Of a DNA stretch of 64,000 nucleotides, positions 12,931 through 24,240 are shown one piece after another; position 1 is the stretch's first letter; each line of letters begins with the position of its first letter. The position numbers and the translations under genes were made by a program. The notes beneath the pieces were generated by a model, which was not told the DNA's origin, did no database searches, and saw only the letters and a list, made by a program, of their open reading frames with translations. The stretch is from the human T2T-CHM13v2.0 reference genome, Homo sapiens: assembly GCF_009914755.1 (NCBI RefSeq), contig NC_060929.1; one strand, written 5' to 3'.

Positions 12931-15713
12931 GTAAAATGACTCACCAACGCAATTTTGTTCTTGTGGCCATATTTATTAACAAATGTATGCCTAAACCTTT
13001 GAGTAATGAAATAAAGTCATTGTCTTTTATTATTATATAGATATTTTTCTTAATATCAAAATTCCCCAAATTGACTATTCCTAGAATATTAATCATTAGA
13101 TTCAGATTTAAAACAGCATTTCCTACCTAAGGCCCAAAATGTGCAGTTTCCACCTGTGTTTCTCCAGTCCTCTAGCCCCCAAAAGAAGATATAAGATAGA
13201 AAGTTTGTATAAACCAAATTCTGCTTAATTTCTAGCAGCCTTCTTTTTGGTTTAGTGTAAACCCATTTTACTCTGTATAAATTGTTTAAAATTGGCAATG
13301 AAATATAAATTAAACAGGAATAATTTTAAAATAGTGAGAGTGTTTTAAACACTATATCCACTAGTGCATTTTATGTGCAATTAAATTGACACAAGTTGAA
13401 GTTATTCACTTTGCCATTGTGATTATTCTGTTCAGAAAAACCTGCATTTATAAAGGTCTTGATTCTGCTTTAAAAAAAAAAAAAGACAAATTTTTAGAAT
13501 GTGTTTTAAAAAAATCCTTAAAATTATTTTTTTGAAATTACTTGATAATTTAATTATTCAATCTAGTATAAAAAGTTTTGAATAAGCACTTTAGGTAATG
13601 CAGCCTGGATTTCTTAAATCACCTACTTTCAATGAGAGGGATAGCAGTTTCTTTGCTAAATGGCTAACCTTTTGTTGAGAAGTCAGAACGCCTGAGTTTT
13701 AGCCTTGGTTTTGCCATGCTCTGGGTGTGGGAGACTAAGTAAATAATCATCCTGGGCCTTAATTTTCTTGTCAGCAAAGTAAAGAGGTTGGATAATGACC
13801 TGAATTTTACCTTCCTGTTGGACTGTGATTCTACATCCTGCACACTTTTGTACTAATACAAGTGCACTCCTTTTTGCAGATCGTAGGGCTTATGTTTTCC
13901 TAAAGGAAGAAACAAGCCCACCTTTTGGTAGTCAAGAGCTAGCCCTTCAGTTCGTAATGCTTATTTAATGAAGCAAAGCTCTCAACCTAAATAGGGTATT
14001 GAAGGTTTACATTTAGGAAAACTAAGTATTCAGAACCATCTACAGTTTATGCAACACTTGCCAAGGATTGAAAAGGAATTCTTTTGTGGTGGTTGTTAAA
14101 TTTCAGTCTAAAACTTTGGGTCATCCTGTGATAGTTAACATTTTATTACTTCATAAACACAGAGAGTTATTTTCCTTTGTTTTTCATTAGGTCTCTGTAC
14201 TTCCCTCTTCCTCTCTGTGGCTAGGGTCATTGTTTTGGTGGGGTCACCGGGCATGATGGTGTGAATAGGACTGCTTTATTGTGATGGCTCAATATGTTCC
14301 CTATAATTAACTTGTCACTAGGTTGCAAACACAGTGTTTCTTCAGAATCTCCTTGGCTGAATCACAACTTATAAACTGAAATTATCATTGTTTCTTTTAC
14401 GAGAATCATTGAGCATTAATTTTTTATACCATGCTATGATTATCAGGTGACTGTCTTCTGCTTCTCTATTTCTAGGTTGTTACAACCATGAGGTTTGGAG
14501 CACATCCATTGCTCCTCCAAAAATAAATATCTTCTTAATAGGAAGCAGTTAGGATTCTCTGTTAAAGCATCCCAATGGAATTTGAATTATTTTTTAAAAA
14601 ACCAAAGAATGCTAGATCTAGAAAAGGTCCTACAGAGCATCTGTTCCAAAAACCTCATTGTAGAAGTAGTAACTGTGGTTCCAAAGGAGAAGGGACTTTG
14701 CTGTGGTCTCCCATTTGGGTGAGAGGGACAATCTAGTGGCCCAGGTCATTTGACTCCTAGCCATGCTCTTTATGCCCATGTTTTCTTGCCTGAAATTGAA
14801 TGACGAAGGTCACACAGTTGAAAAGAAAGTTATAGACCAGGATTTTTTGTAGGTCATATTATAGTACTATATCTCACCACAAAATGTTTAATGACATAGA
14901 GATCCCCAAGCCTAGAGTAGCTTAGAGTATCATTTTTTTGGTAAAGTTTAGCCCTCCTCACATAGTAGAGTTTTCAAAACACAGAAAGTAGCCTGAAAGT
15001 ATTGAACCAAAGCATCAGGAAATCTGAAAACAAATCTTTCTTGGATTTTTTTTGGTGGGGGGAAGTCACTCCTTTTTAGCTTTTCTAAATGAGTATCAGT
15101 CTTGATGATCTATCTGTCTAAGGTGAGGGTGAAAGGAAATTAGATCTACTCTCTCTCTACAATGTCAGAAATTATTATGGATAAAGAAGGCAGAATACAC
15201 AAAAATTATCCACAGATCCATAGAGAAAATCAACTAAAGTAAGCATAACACTGTTGGATAACATCTTGTTTCTTTATACTTACAAACTTAGCTGGATTAT
15301 TCTTGACTTGATCCATATTAAGTCACTTTTAGACATCTCATCTTCTCACAACTTTTTTTTCTTTTTTTTTTTGTGATTTGGCTGCTGCATTTTGTTGTGT
15401 TTGTGCTGGAACCTCATGAAAGATATCCCCTGACCCCTATTGATCTGAAAGTTAAAAAGAAATACCTAGTTTTAATCCAAGAAAACTCTTGGTCAGCCTT
15501 ATTTTTTCCGAGGCTGTTTTTTATCTTTTAATAAACCTACCACATAACAGATACAAGTGCCAAGTAGTTGACAATATAATTACTGTTTCTTAGTAATCCT
15601 CATTAATATGTTGTATGTATTTGCCAACTTCTAGACCTGATGTTTTGTGGTAATAAATCTATTATAAAGTTTCCAGATTAAAACGTAGAAAAATGGTAAA
15701 TAAAATTACTTGT

Positions 15714-16006
15714 TGGCTGGATGTGTTGGTTCATGCCTATAATTTCAACACTTTGGGAGGCCAAGGCAGGAAGATTACTTGAGCCAAGGAATTCAAGACC
15801 AGCCCGGGCAACATGATGAGATCCAGTCTCTACCAAAAAGGAAAAAATTTAGCCGGGTGTGGTGGTGCATGTCTGTAGTCCCATTTAGTTAGGAAGCTGA
15901 GGTGGAAGGATCTCTGAGCCTAGAGGTTAGAGGCTTCACTGAGCTATGATCATTCCCCTGCAATCCACCCTGCGCAATGCAGCAAAATCCTGTCTCAAAA
16001 AATAAA
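15714..16006 (+). mobile_element. Old Alu (AluJ-like) ending ~50 nt upstream of exon 9
   Basis: Diverged Alu dimer, ggctggatgtgttggttcatgcctataat...tgtctcaaaaaataaaa. Confidence 0.9.
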
Positions 16007-16055
16007 ATATCCTGAAATGAAATGAAGTAAAATAAATATAATTGTCTTTTCAAAG

Positions 16056-16183
16056 GATTTTTGCAAGGAATATGAAAAACAAGTGAGAAATGGAAGGCTT
16101 TTTTGTACACGGGAGAGTGATCCAGTCCGTGGCCCTGACGGCAGGATGCATGGCAACAAATGTGCCCTGTGTGCTGAAATTTT
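16056..16183 (+). CDS. SPINK5: SPINK5 exon 9, domain 4 (128 nt)
   Basis: ttcaaag|GATTTTTGC...ATTTT|gtgagt; DFCKEYEKQVRNGRLFCTRESDPVRGPDGRMHGNKCALCAEI. Confidence 0.98.
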
Positions 16184-17519
16184 GTGAGTATAGAAGTGGT
16201 TTTTTCAGAGTGATTCAAAGGGTGGGAGTGGAGATTGATTGGATTGATGAGTAAAAATAACTTTGAAAGGAAGCTTTGTTGTTGAGAACCATCTGAGCAG
16301 TTTTATGCCCTCCACAAATCATAATGCCACCTAGTGAGCAGGCACTACTGATGTTTGTCTATTTCTGAAGAGAAATGGATTCCATTTTCCAGTTGAAATA
16401 TTGACTTACAGCATAGCACACTTCTTAACATTCCCCTGTGACTGTGACCTATGTGAAACTGTTTGTGAACTAATTCTAGTATAGAATGGGGGTAAAAGCA
16501 GGTACCACGACTTCGATTGTTTTTCTTCAGTAATTATCCCATGGTAACAGTGTTGATGCAACACTCTCAGATACTTCAGGTTTATACATTAATTGGATTA
16601 CTCTTATCTTTTTATCTGGGACATATGACCTTGGGAGAAGGGCAAATCTCACAACATACAAATTATCACATTTATGAAAATGTCTTAGATGACATCTCAT
16701 GACACTTTCGGCTTCTCTAGCTCTACAAGCCCTTTCCTGTGTCCTGTCCTATGCCAGTTCCTCCCGGTCTTGGCCAGATGATGTCCCCTCCTCTTGTAGA
16801 TTACATTTCAGATTATCTTTCCTTGGACAAGAACTCCTAAAGTCCTTCCCTAATTGAAATTAAATTCTCATAATCCTTAGTAATTGTCTTTTCTAACCAC
16901 CATCACAGTTGGCAATTATACAATTATTTCTCCAAGTTTTTGTTGACTTTCAGTCTTTTCTACCAGCCTCAAGAACTACAAGAGGGCAGGGTATGTGTTT
17001 GTATTATATACTCCTGCATGCCCAGGGCCCAGCCAACACTTGCCCAAAAAACCATAATTACTCACTAAATGAATGAATGAAGATATGAATGAAGATCTCC
17101 CACTCTCAAGAAGCTTAAGTTCAGTAGCAGAAATAAGCCATGGACATGTGCACATATTTATATATTGCAAAATAGAATAAAAACTGCTGTATAAGAGAAG
17201 ACTATTCGATACAAAAACACAGCAATAGACATAGCGCTCATTTGTATTTGGGAACTGGAATGTCTTCTTCAAAAAGGTAGAATTTAAGCTGCAGAGTTTT
17301 AAATTTCTTTTAAGAAAGGGAGATGAGAAAAAAGATCATTTTAGTGGAAGTAAATGGTATAAAGGTGAAATTAAAGGGTCTTTTTGGGGATTTGAGGTGT
17401 TTTTAAAGTGTTTGTACTAAAACTCAGGACAACTTAGATATTTTTCCATCTATACCTAATGACTGTTTTGTAACATGAAGATCGGAAGCATCTCTACTCA
17501 TTTATTTTACTTTTTCCAG

Positions 17520-17607
17520 CAAGCAGCGTTTTTCAGAGGAAAACAGTAAAACAGATCAAAATTTGGGAAAAGCTGAAGAAAAAACTAAAGTTAAAAGAGA
17601 AATTGTG
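17520..17607 (+). CDS. SPINK5: SPINK5 exon 10, linker (88 nt)
   Basis: ttccag|CAAGCAG...ATTGTG|gtgaga; KQRFSEENSKTDQNLGKAEEKTKVKREIV. Confidence 0.97.
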
Positions 17608-18409
17608 GTGAGAATCAGTTTGATCAATCTAGTTACAACTTGTGTGTGTGTGGGGGGGTGCGTGTGTGAGAGAGTGCATATTACATAGTATGCACTTTCA
17701 ATATTGTTTAATATTTTCCACACTACTAGTAGGTTTGCTGGAAACTAATTTCTAGTTATTATTTTGTGAAACTTAGATTAAAAAATTATGGCATTACAAT
17801 TTCTAGCTGTATATGGAGGCAATTAATCAAGTCACATTAATAATGTAGTTTTGCACTCCTAAATGAAGGTGAAATATCAAAACATTGTCTGAATTCAAAG
17901 TGTGATATGTAGTCTTCGATGTGTGGTAGCTATTGTGAAGGTATTTACTTCAAAAACAATATCAATGTTGAATTTTAATGTGCTTCCTTTTAAATTATAC
18001 TGTTCTCTGCTTTCTAAGTATCTTTTAACTAGTCACCTGTCTGTTTTTCTACTGCTACCCTCTTAGCTCAGACACTTAATAGTTTTCTTTTGCATTGACG
18101 TATTGGCATTGTACCTGGTTTGTACACTGTTGGTCTCCATCTTTCTCAATCTTCAAGATTTAATTCATCCTCCATGTTGTTTTCATATGTCATAGAATAT
18201 GAGAACAAAAACTATGGTTCCACGAGTCAGCGATGCTATAAAATTCCAATGTTTGAAGATATTCTAGAGTATATTCAGACCATTTCACTTCTTATAGAAA
18301 CCCTAACTTATTTCTTACAGACAGTTTTCCAGACTTCTATGATGTGCAGTCAACAGTTCTCCTAAGTAAGCCACTCCATCAGGCCACCCTCTGCCAGTAT
18401 AACTCCATT

Positions 18410-18625
18410 TTCTTTCTTTCTTTCTTTTTTTCTTTTTCTTTTTCTTTTCTTTTCTTTTTTTTTTTAAGACAATTTCTTTCTTTCTTTTTTTTCTCTGTCA
18501 CCCAGGCTGGAGTGTAGTGGTGGGATCATGGCTCACTGCAGCCTTGACTTCCCACTCTCAAGCTATCCTCACACCTCAGCTTTCCAAAGTGCTAAGATTA
18601 CAGGCATGAGCCACTACACATAGCT
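18410..18625 (-). mobile_element. Alu monomer / truncated AluJ (FLAM/FRAM-like) with T/C-rich tail
   Basis: ctctgtcacccaggctggagtgtagtgg...caaagtgctaagattacaggcatgagccac. Confidence 0.8.
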
Positions 18626-19568
18626 TAAGCCTCATTTTGAACTGCTTTCTTCCCCTCAGTCCTAGGTTACCAAGTCCTTTTAATTTTGATATTCAAATAT
18701 CTGTCAACTACTATTTTATCATTTATTTCCAATTTTTCTCCTTCCTTCCCTTTCTTCCTTTCCTTTCTCCTTTTTCTTTTTCTTCTCTCTATTCTTTTTT
18801 CTCTTTTCCTCCCTCTCTTTCTCTCTTTTTTAATAATATAATTACTGTTCTAACTTCAGTCCCTAGTTAATCAAATCCTCCACACATCTGGTTGATAACC
18901 TTTGTAAAACAAAGATTTGATTTTGCCATTTTCTGCTATAAACATTTATAATTTTCCCATTGCCTAAAAGTAATATCCAAATTCCTTTCAAAGTTTAGTG
19001 GTCTTTGATTTTCAAGGTCTCCTTTTGACCATTTCCCAAATATTATTCTCTTTATCCAACTAATTATTTAGCCACTATATTCATAAATATGTTAGATTAC
19101 CTCAAAATAGCATGTTCTTTCACACCCCTGTGTGTTTGTCCATTTAATTCCTCTTGGATGGCCTTTTTCCACATTATGTTCCTGAATATATTCTCAAGAT
19201 AGAACTTAGACATAAGTTCCCTGAACTTCCATGAATTATTCTTTTCATTGTACTTGTACACACTTAATTCAGACTAGTGTTATATTTCTTAGCTTTTTAT
19301 ATTGCAATTACTTATCTTTTCCATTTGACTGATAAAGAACATAAATATAAATAAATCATATTTCTATTTATATATTCCTAACTTAAGCATTCGTTGAAAA
19401 TGTAAATGGATATTACAAGGAGAGAAATATCACAATTTTTGGATGGTCCTAAATCTTAAAAGTTTTATTTTTCATCCTTAATTTCTCTTTTTTCTTTGTA
19501 AAATAACATTTAACATTCATACATAGAAAACAGAACTATATCTCAACTTTTTCTTATTCATTATTCAG

Positions 19569-19696
19569 AAACTCTGCAGTCAATATCAAAATCAGGCAAA
19601 GAATGGAATACTTTTCTGTACCAGAGAAAATGACCCTATTCGTGGTCCAGATGGGAAAATGCATGGCAACTTGTGTTCCATGTGTCAAGCCTACTT
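19569..19696 (+). CDS. SPINK5: SPINK5 exon 11, domain 5 (128 nt)
   Basis: attcag|AAACTCTGC...TACTT|gtgagt; KLCSQYQNQAKNGILFCTRENDPIRGPDGKMHGNLCSMCQAY. Confidence 0.98.
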
Positions 19697-20935
19697 GTGA
19701 GTATAGAGTTTTAGAATGTCAAAGAAAGAAGGGATCTTGCAGGTAATTTAATAGAAACAGCTTCTTTCATAGATGGGGAGACTGTGGCTCAAGACAGGGA
19801 AGTGAGTTGAAAACATTACATGGAAAATATCAGTGATAGAGCTGGGAGTAAGTACCTAGAGTTATTTGTTTTAAGACGCCTTGTTCCTCTGACACTCCCT
19901 CTTTTAGCACTGGAATGTCCTGACAAACATGAACTTGTACAAATAGTAGATGCCCCCTTACTCCTGAAACTTCACACGTTAGCCTGTTTTAGCAATTTAT
20001 AGGTATCTCATCTTCCATGGGAGTTAAGAGTCCAAAGGTGATGCTTAATGTAGAAATGGAATAAAGTCAAAATTCCCATGAAACAACACTAAACTCCTAT
20101 AAAATTACAATGGGTATTATTTTATGTAATGCAATATTTCTCAATAAGTTAGAATGGACAGTTTTCTTTCAAGATTTACGATAGCTCTTTATTTGGCTGA
20201 GCTCAAATTAAGTATTTAACTTATATTTAGAATCTATGGCTTTCTTTGTTTTGATTGACAACTACATATGGTTGAAATATCATCAGTTAACTGTACATAC
20301 TGTGCAATTCCATTGTACAAAGCAAATTTAGGCTTATTTGTTTTATCAGTATATGGAAATTATTGTGGTTTTTTTTTTCACATCTTGTCCTTTAGATGAA
20401 ACAGCTATGAGTAAGCAAAATATTTAAGTTTAAAGCAAAGCTAGGGTACACATGGTGTGATAGATAGACCATGGTCTTGAGGGAGGAGACCTTGGTTGTA
20501 GTCATATCCTGAGATGTAGCAAAGACCCCCTCTACCTCTCATCTTCTCTGATTAACAAGGGGATGAGTAGATGTGCTTTGTTAAGGCCACTTTCAGCCTT
20601 CAGGTTATGCCACCATGATTTTAGTTTTGGTGCCTCTGTTATGAACATTGATCATGCTCCTTTTCTTACTATGGGCAAGAAAACTAATTTACAGAAAGCA
20701 AGTATCCCAGATCCACTATTGCCGTCTTTCTTTCAACATTAAACAGACATTATGAAGAAATCATAGCACCATACTATCCTGGAGGATATTTTGTTGCTTC
20801 TCATTGATATGCAGTGATAAAGGGACAAAATTGTTCCACTCTAAGGAGGGAGAACAGTTAACAGTGCAAGGATGTGGAGAAATCATGGCATGTGTTTGTT
20901 CCTAATGGATCTGCTTCTTTTTCCCTCTTATTCAG

Positions 20936-21017
20936 CCAAGCAGAAAATGAAGAAAAGAAAAAGGCTGAAGCACGAGCTAGAAACAAAAGAGAATCTGGAA
21001 AAGCAACCTCATATGCA
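20936..21017 (+). CDS. SPINK5: SPINK5 exon 12, linker (82 nt)
   Basis: ttcag|CCAAGCA...TATGCA|gtgagt; QAENEEKKKAEARARNKRESGKATSYA. Confidence 0.97.
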
Positions 21018-22155
21018 GTGAGTGGAATCCATCCAATAAATCCTATTTGGTGCTATAATTTGAACAAATTTTAAGAGCCTAAAGGGTGAGATTTTGCCCT
21101 GCAGAAATCCCCAGAATATCTTAACTCTTCAATCTGGGGATGGTATTGAGATGAATTATATGGGAAGATTGATCCATTCTTGCTGATTAAAAACTAACTC
21201 TGCAAAAAAAAAAAAAAAAAATTGTTTAAAAGCTGAAAAACTGAGTTCTACTTCTAGTTTTATCACTTATAGACTGTTAGCTTTTGCTAACTACTTTCCA
21301 GAGAAATTCTACATGTATGCTTTCTACATATGAGTTTCTGATATTTCACATCTAATTTGAGATAAAAAATACCTTGATTCCCCCACCAACGCATGATTTT
21401 TATCCCTGAAATATTACAATATTAGTTTCCAAAGCCTTAGCTCAGTTATCATCACCAATGGTTTTGATGATAAAAGTCTCCTAATTTTCACTCTGGATTT
21501 TATCCTTTCCCTTGCCCAACCAGTCTCCCTAACATAGTTGGAGTAATGTTTCAAAATGTAAATAAGATCATAATATTGCTCTTAAAACCCACAAGCAGCT
21601 CATCATCATATACAGGATATGCTTTAATCCTGTTATCTCTCCTCTTATTTGTATCCTTATCTCCATTCAGAAAATCATGCTCTGCTATGTGCCATGTCTT
21701 TTCCTACCTGTGTTTTTCAGCTAGTTTTATTTTCATAAACCTGTGTGCGTATTTCCCAATTCACTTTTTTTTGCCCAGTCAAATCCTATTTACACTTCCA
21801 CAGTCTCACCTAAATTGTTCTTGCTCCCTGACACCTTCCCTGGTTTCCTTTGAGTTCTCAGATTTTATTGTACCCTGTATGTTCGTACCTATTTTATTCT
21901 GTTTAGATTATAGTGGAATTTGCTTATATATTGCTTGTATTATATGGGGACATTGTGCTATGTTTTATTTTTTCCTATCTCTTGGCATATGATGTTTTTC
22001 TTGTTGTCAAATTGAATTTTACATTTGAGAAAAACACAATTAAAATCCTCAGCTCAAAGAGATGTAACATTAGTTTCTGCCAATGTAGATGTTTGAACCT
22101 TCTGCTTTAAGTAGAAATGAAATATATGGCCAACTTACTTCTTCTATCTCGGCAG

Positions 22156-22283
22156 GAGCTTTGCAGTGAATATCGAAAGCTTGTGAGGAACGGAAAACTT
22201 GCTTGCACCAGAGAGAACGATCCTATCCAGGGCCCAGATGGGAAAGTGCATGGCAACACCTGCTCCATGTGTGAGGTCTTCTT
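22156..22283 (+). CDS. SPINK5: SPINK5 exon 13, domain 6 (128 nt)
   Basis: ggcag|GAGCTTTGC...TTCTT|gtgagt; ELCSEYRKLVRNGKLACTRENDPIQGPDGKVHGNTCSMCEVF. Confidence 0.98.
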
Positions 22284-23056
22284 GTGAGTAGCCCTGCAGC
22301 TGGGAACATGGAGGAATGATTTTGTTCTTTCTATTTCATTTCCATGTTCAATTATGGGAGGGCCACTTCAACATAAAAATGAAAGAATTAAGGCATATTT
22401 AGAGAAACTGTCTGATTGGAGACATGTATTTGAAAATCCATGTCCTTTGAAGATTGTCAAGACTTCACACTTAAGCAAGGAGAAAGTCATAATCTTGAAA
22501 TATTCAAGTAGTTTTGTCTTTTAAGTGTGGAAACAGGACAAGTTCTAGCTTATCTCCGTGAATAAAAGTGAGGCCAGTGGGCCAAAGAATGAAAGGTCTG
22601 GAAGACAGGTTCCAAGTGGATGCCAGGAAGAACTTCCTAACAGTTTGCGGATTTCAAAGATGGATGATTTACCATGGAATTCCAAGGATGATATCAGTAC
22701 AGACTTTACAGGCAGATTAAAGCAAAGGCTTGGGAGTCATTAGAGATACAGTAATGAGCATTGGAAATTTAGAAAACCACCTCTGGACTAGGGTTTAAAT
22801 CCCAAGTCTGTACTTATTATTTCTATATCTTCAGGTGAGTTATGCATTCCGTCTGTCAGTTTATTTGTATGTTGGGGTTATAATAATAGTTTTGTAATGC
22901 AATTGTGAGGATTTCACAGTGTAAGCACAGGGTTAGGCACATCACATTCAAAGAATTTAATCGTTGTTAAGTGTAAAATTAAATTATATTTGAGATCACT
23001 TCTAATGTGGCGATTCTATGATTTTTACTTATCTCTTCTTAACCATCCTTTTTTAG

Positions 23057-23138
23057 CCAAGCAGAAGAAGAAGAAAAGAAAAAGAAGGAAGGTAAATCAA
23101 GAAACAAAAGACAATCTAAGAGTACAGCTTCCTTTGAG
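23057..23138 (+). CDS. SPINK5: SPINK5 exon 14, linker (82 nt); carries Lys420 (AAA at 23094-23096)
   Basis: ttttag|CCAAGCA...TTTGAG|gtgagt; QAEEEEKKKKEGKSRNKRQSKSTASFE. Confidence 0.97.
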
Positions 23139-23482
23139 GTGAGTTTATATCCTCCAGCAACTCAGAGGGATATGGCCCTGAGGATCCACAGATCATGTTC
23201 AGGGAACACGTGCATTCCTTAAAACTGTATGAAACAATTGTACAGTTTGTGTTTTCATATGTGTTTTCATGTGTGCAGTTATACATGTGCATATGTGACT
23301 ATTTCTTGGTTGTTGGGTTCATTGTTTTTATCACTTAAAAAATCCATGCCTTCAAAGTTAATCATTCTAAAATAAGCCAATTGCTAATCCTCGTTTAAGA
23401 AAAAAAGTACAAGCTTTAGCTATTTTTGCAATCTGATTCAGCCTATGTTCAACACTTTCAACTTCCTGCCTCAATTTCACAG

Positions 23483-23610
23483 GAGTTGTGTAGTGAATAC
23501 CGCAAATCCAGGAAAAACGGACGGCTTTTTTGCACCAGAGAGAATGACCCCATCCAGGGCCCAGATGGAAAAATGCATGGCAACACCTGCTCCATGTGTG
23601 AGGCCTTCTT
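23483..23610 (+). CDS. SPINK5: SPINK5 exon 15, domain 7 (128 nt)
   Basis: tcacag|GAGTTGTGT...TTCTT|gtgagt; ELCSEYRKSRKNGRLFCTRENDPIQGPDGKMHGNTCSMCEAF. Confidence 0.98.
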
Positions 23611-23799
23611 GTGAGTAGAGCAGTAGCCCCATAGCGTCTGAGGATTGAGCAGTGGGAATTTCCATGGGAAGTTTTCAAACCATTGTGAATAATGCATTTT
23701 CTTCTTCAGTGTAGCATTCAGTCTTGGGTGTCATATTTAAATGGACTAAAAACAAACAACAGCAACAATAAAACAAGTGGAGGGCTTTCTATTATGATA

Positions 23800-24240
23800 T
23801 AAAGAGATGCAGAATAAGCCAGACACAGAAAAACATATAATGTGTGATGTCTCTTATATGTGGGATCTAAAAAAAGCTAACTCATAGTAGAGAGTAGGAT
23901 GGTGCTTACAAGAGAATGGGAGTAGGGAAGGGTGAGGGTTGGGAATGAGGAAATGTTAATCAAAGGGTGCAAAGTTTTAGTTAAGCAGGAGGAATAAGTT
24001 TATGGGATGTATTGGACAGCATGGTGACTACAGTTAATAATAATGTATCATATATTTCAAAAACATTAAAAAAGTAAATCGTAAATGTCCTTACACCTTC
24101 CCAAAAAAGATAAGTATCATGAGACAACTATGTAAATTGCTTGATTTAATCATCACAATGTATACATATACCAAACATCACACTGAATTCAATTAATATG
24201 TACAATTATTATATGTCAAGTAAGAACACAATTTAAAAAA
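23800..24240 (+). mobile_element. L1MA-type 3' end fragment
   Basis: aataagccagacacagaaa...aaagggtgcaaagttttagttaagcaggaggaataagt...gtgactacagttaataataatgta. Confidence 0.8.

Noticed and set aside
21546-21992. Longest ORF (148 aa, hydrophobic) as a membrane protein
   Set aside because: F/L/S bias is the expected result of T-rich intron sequence; no recognisable domain
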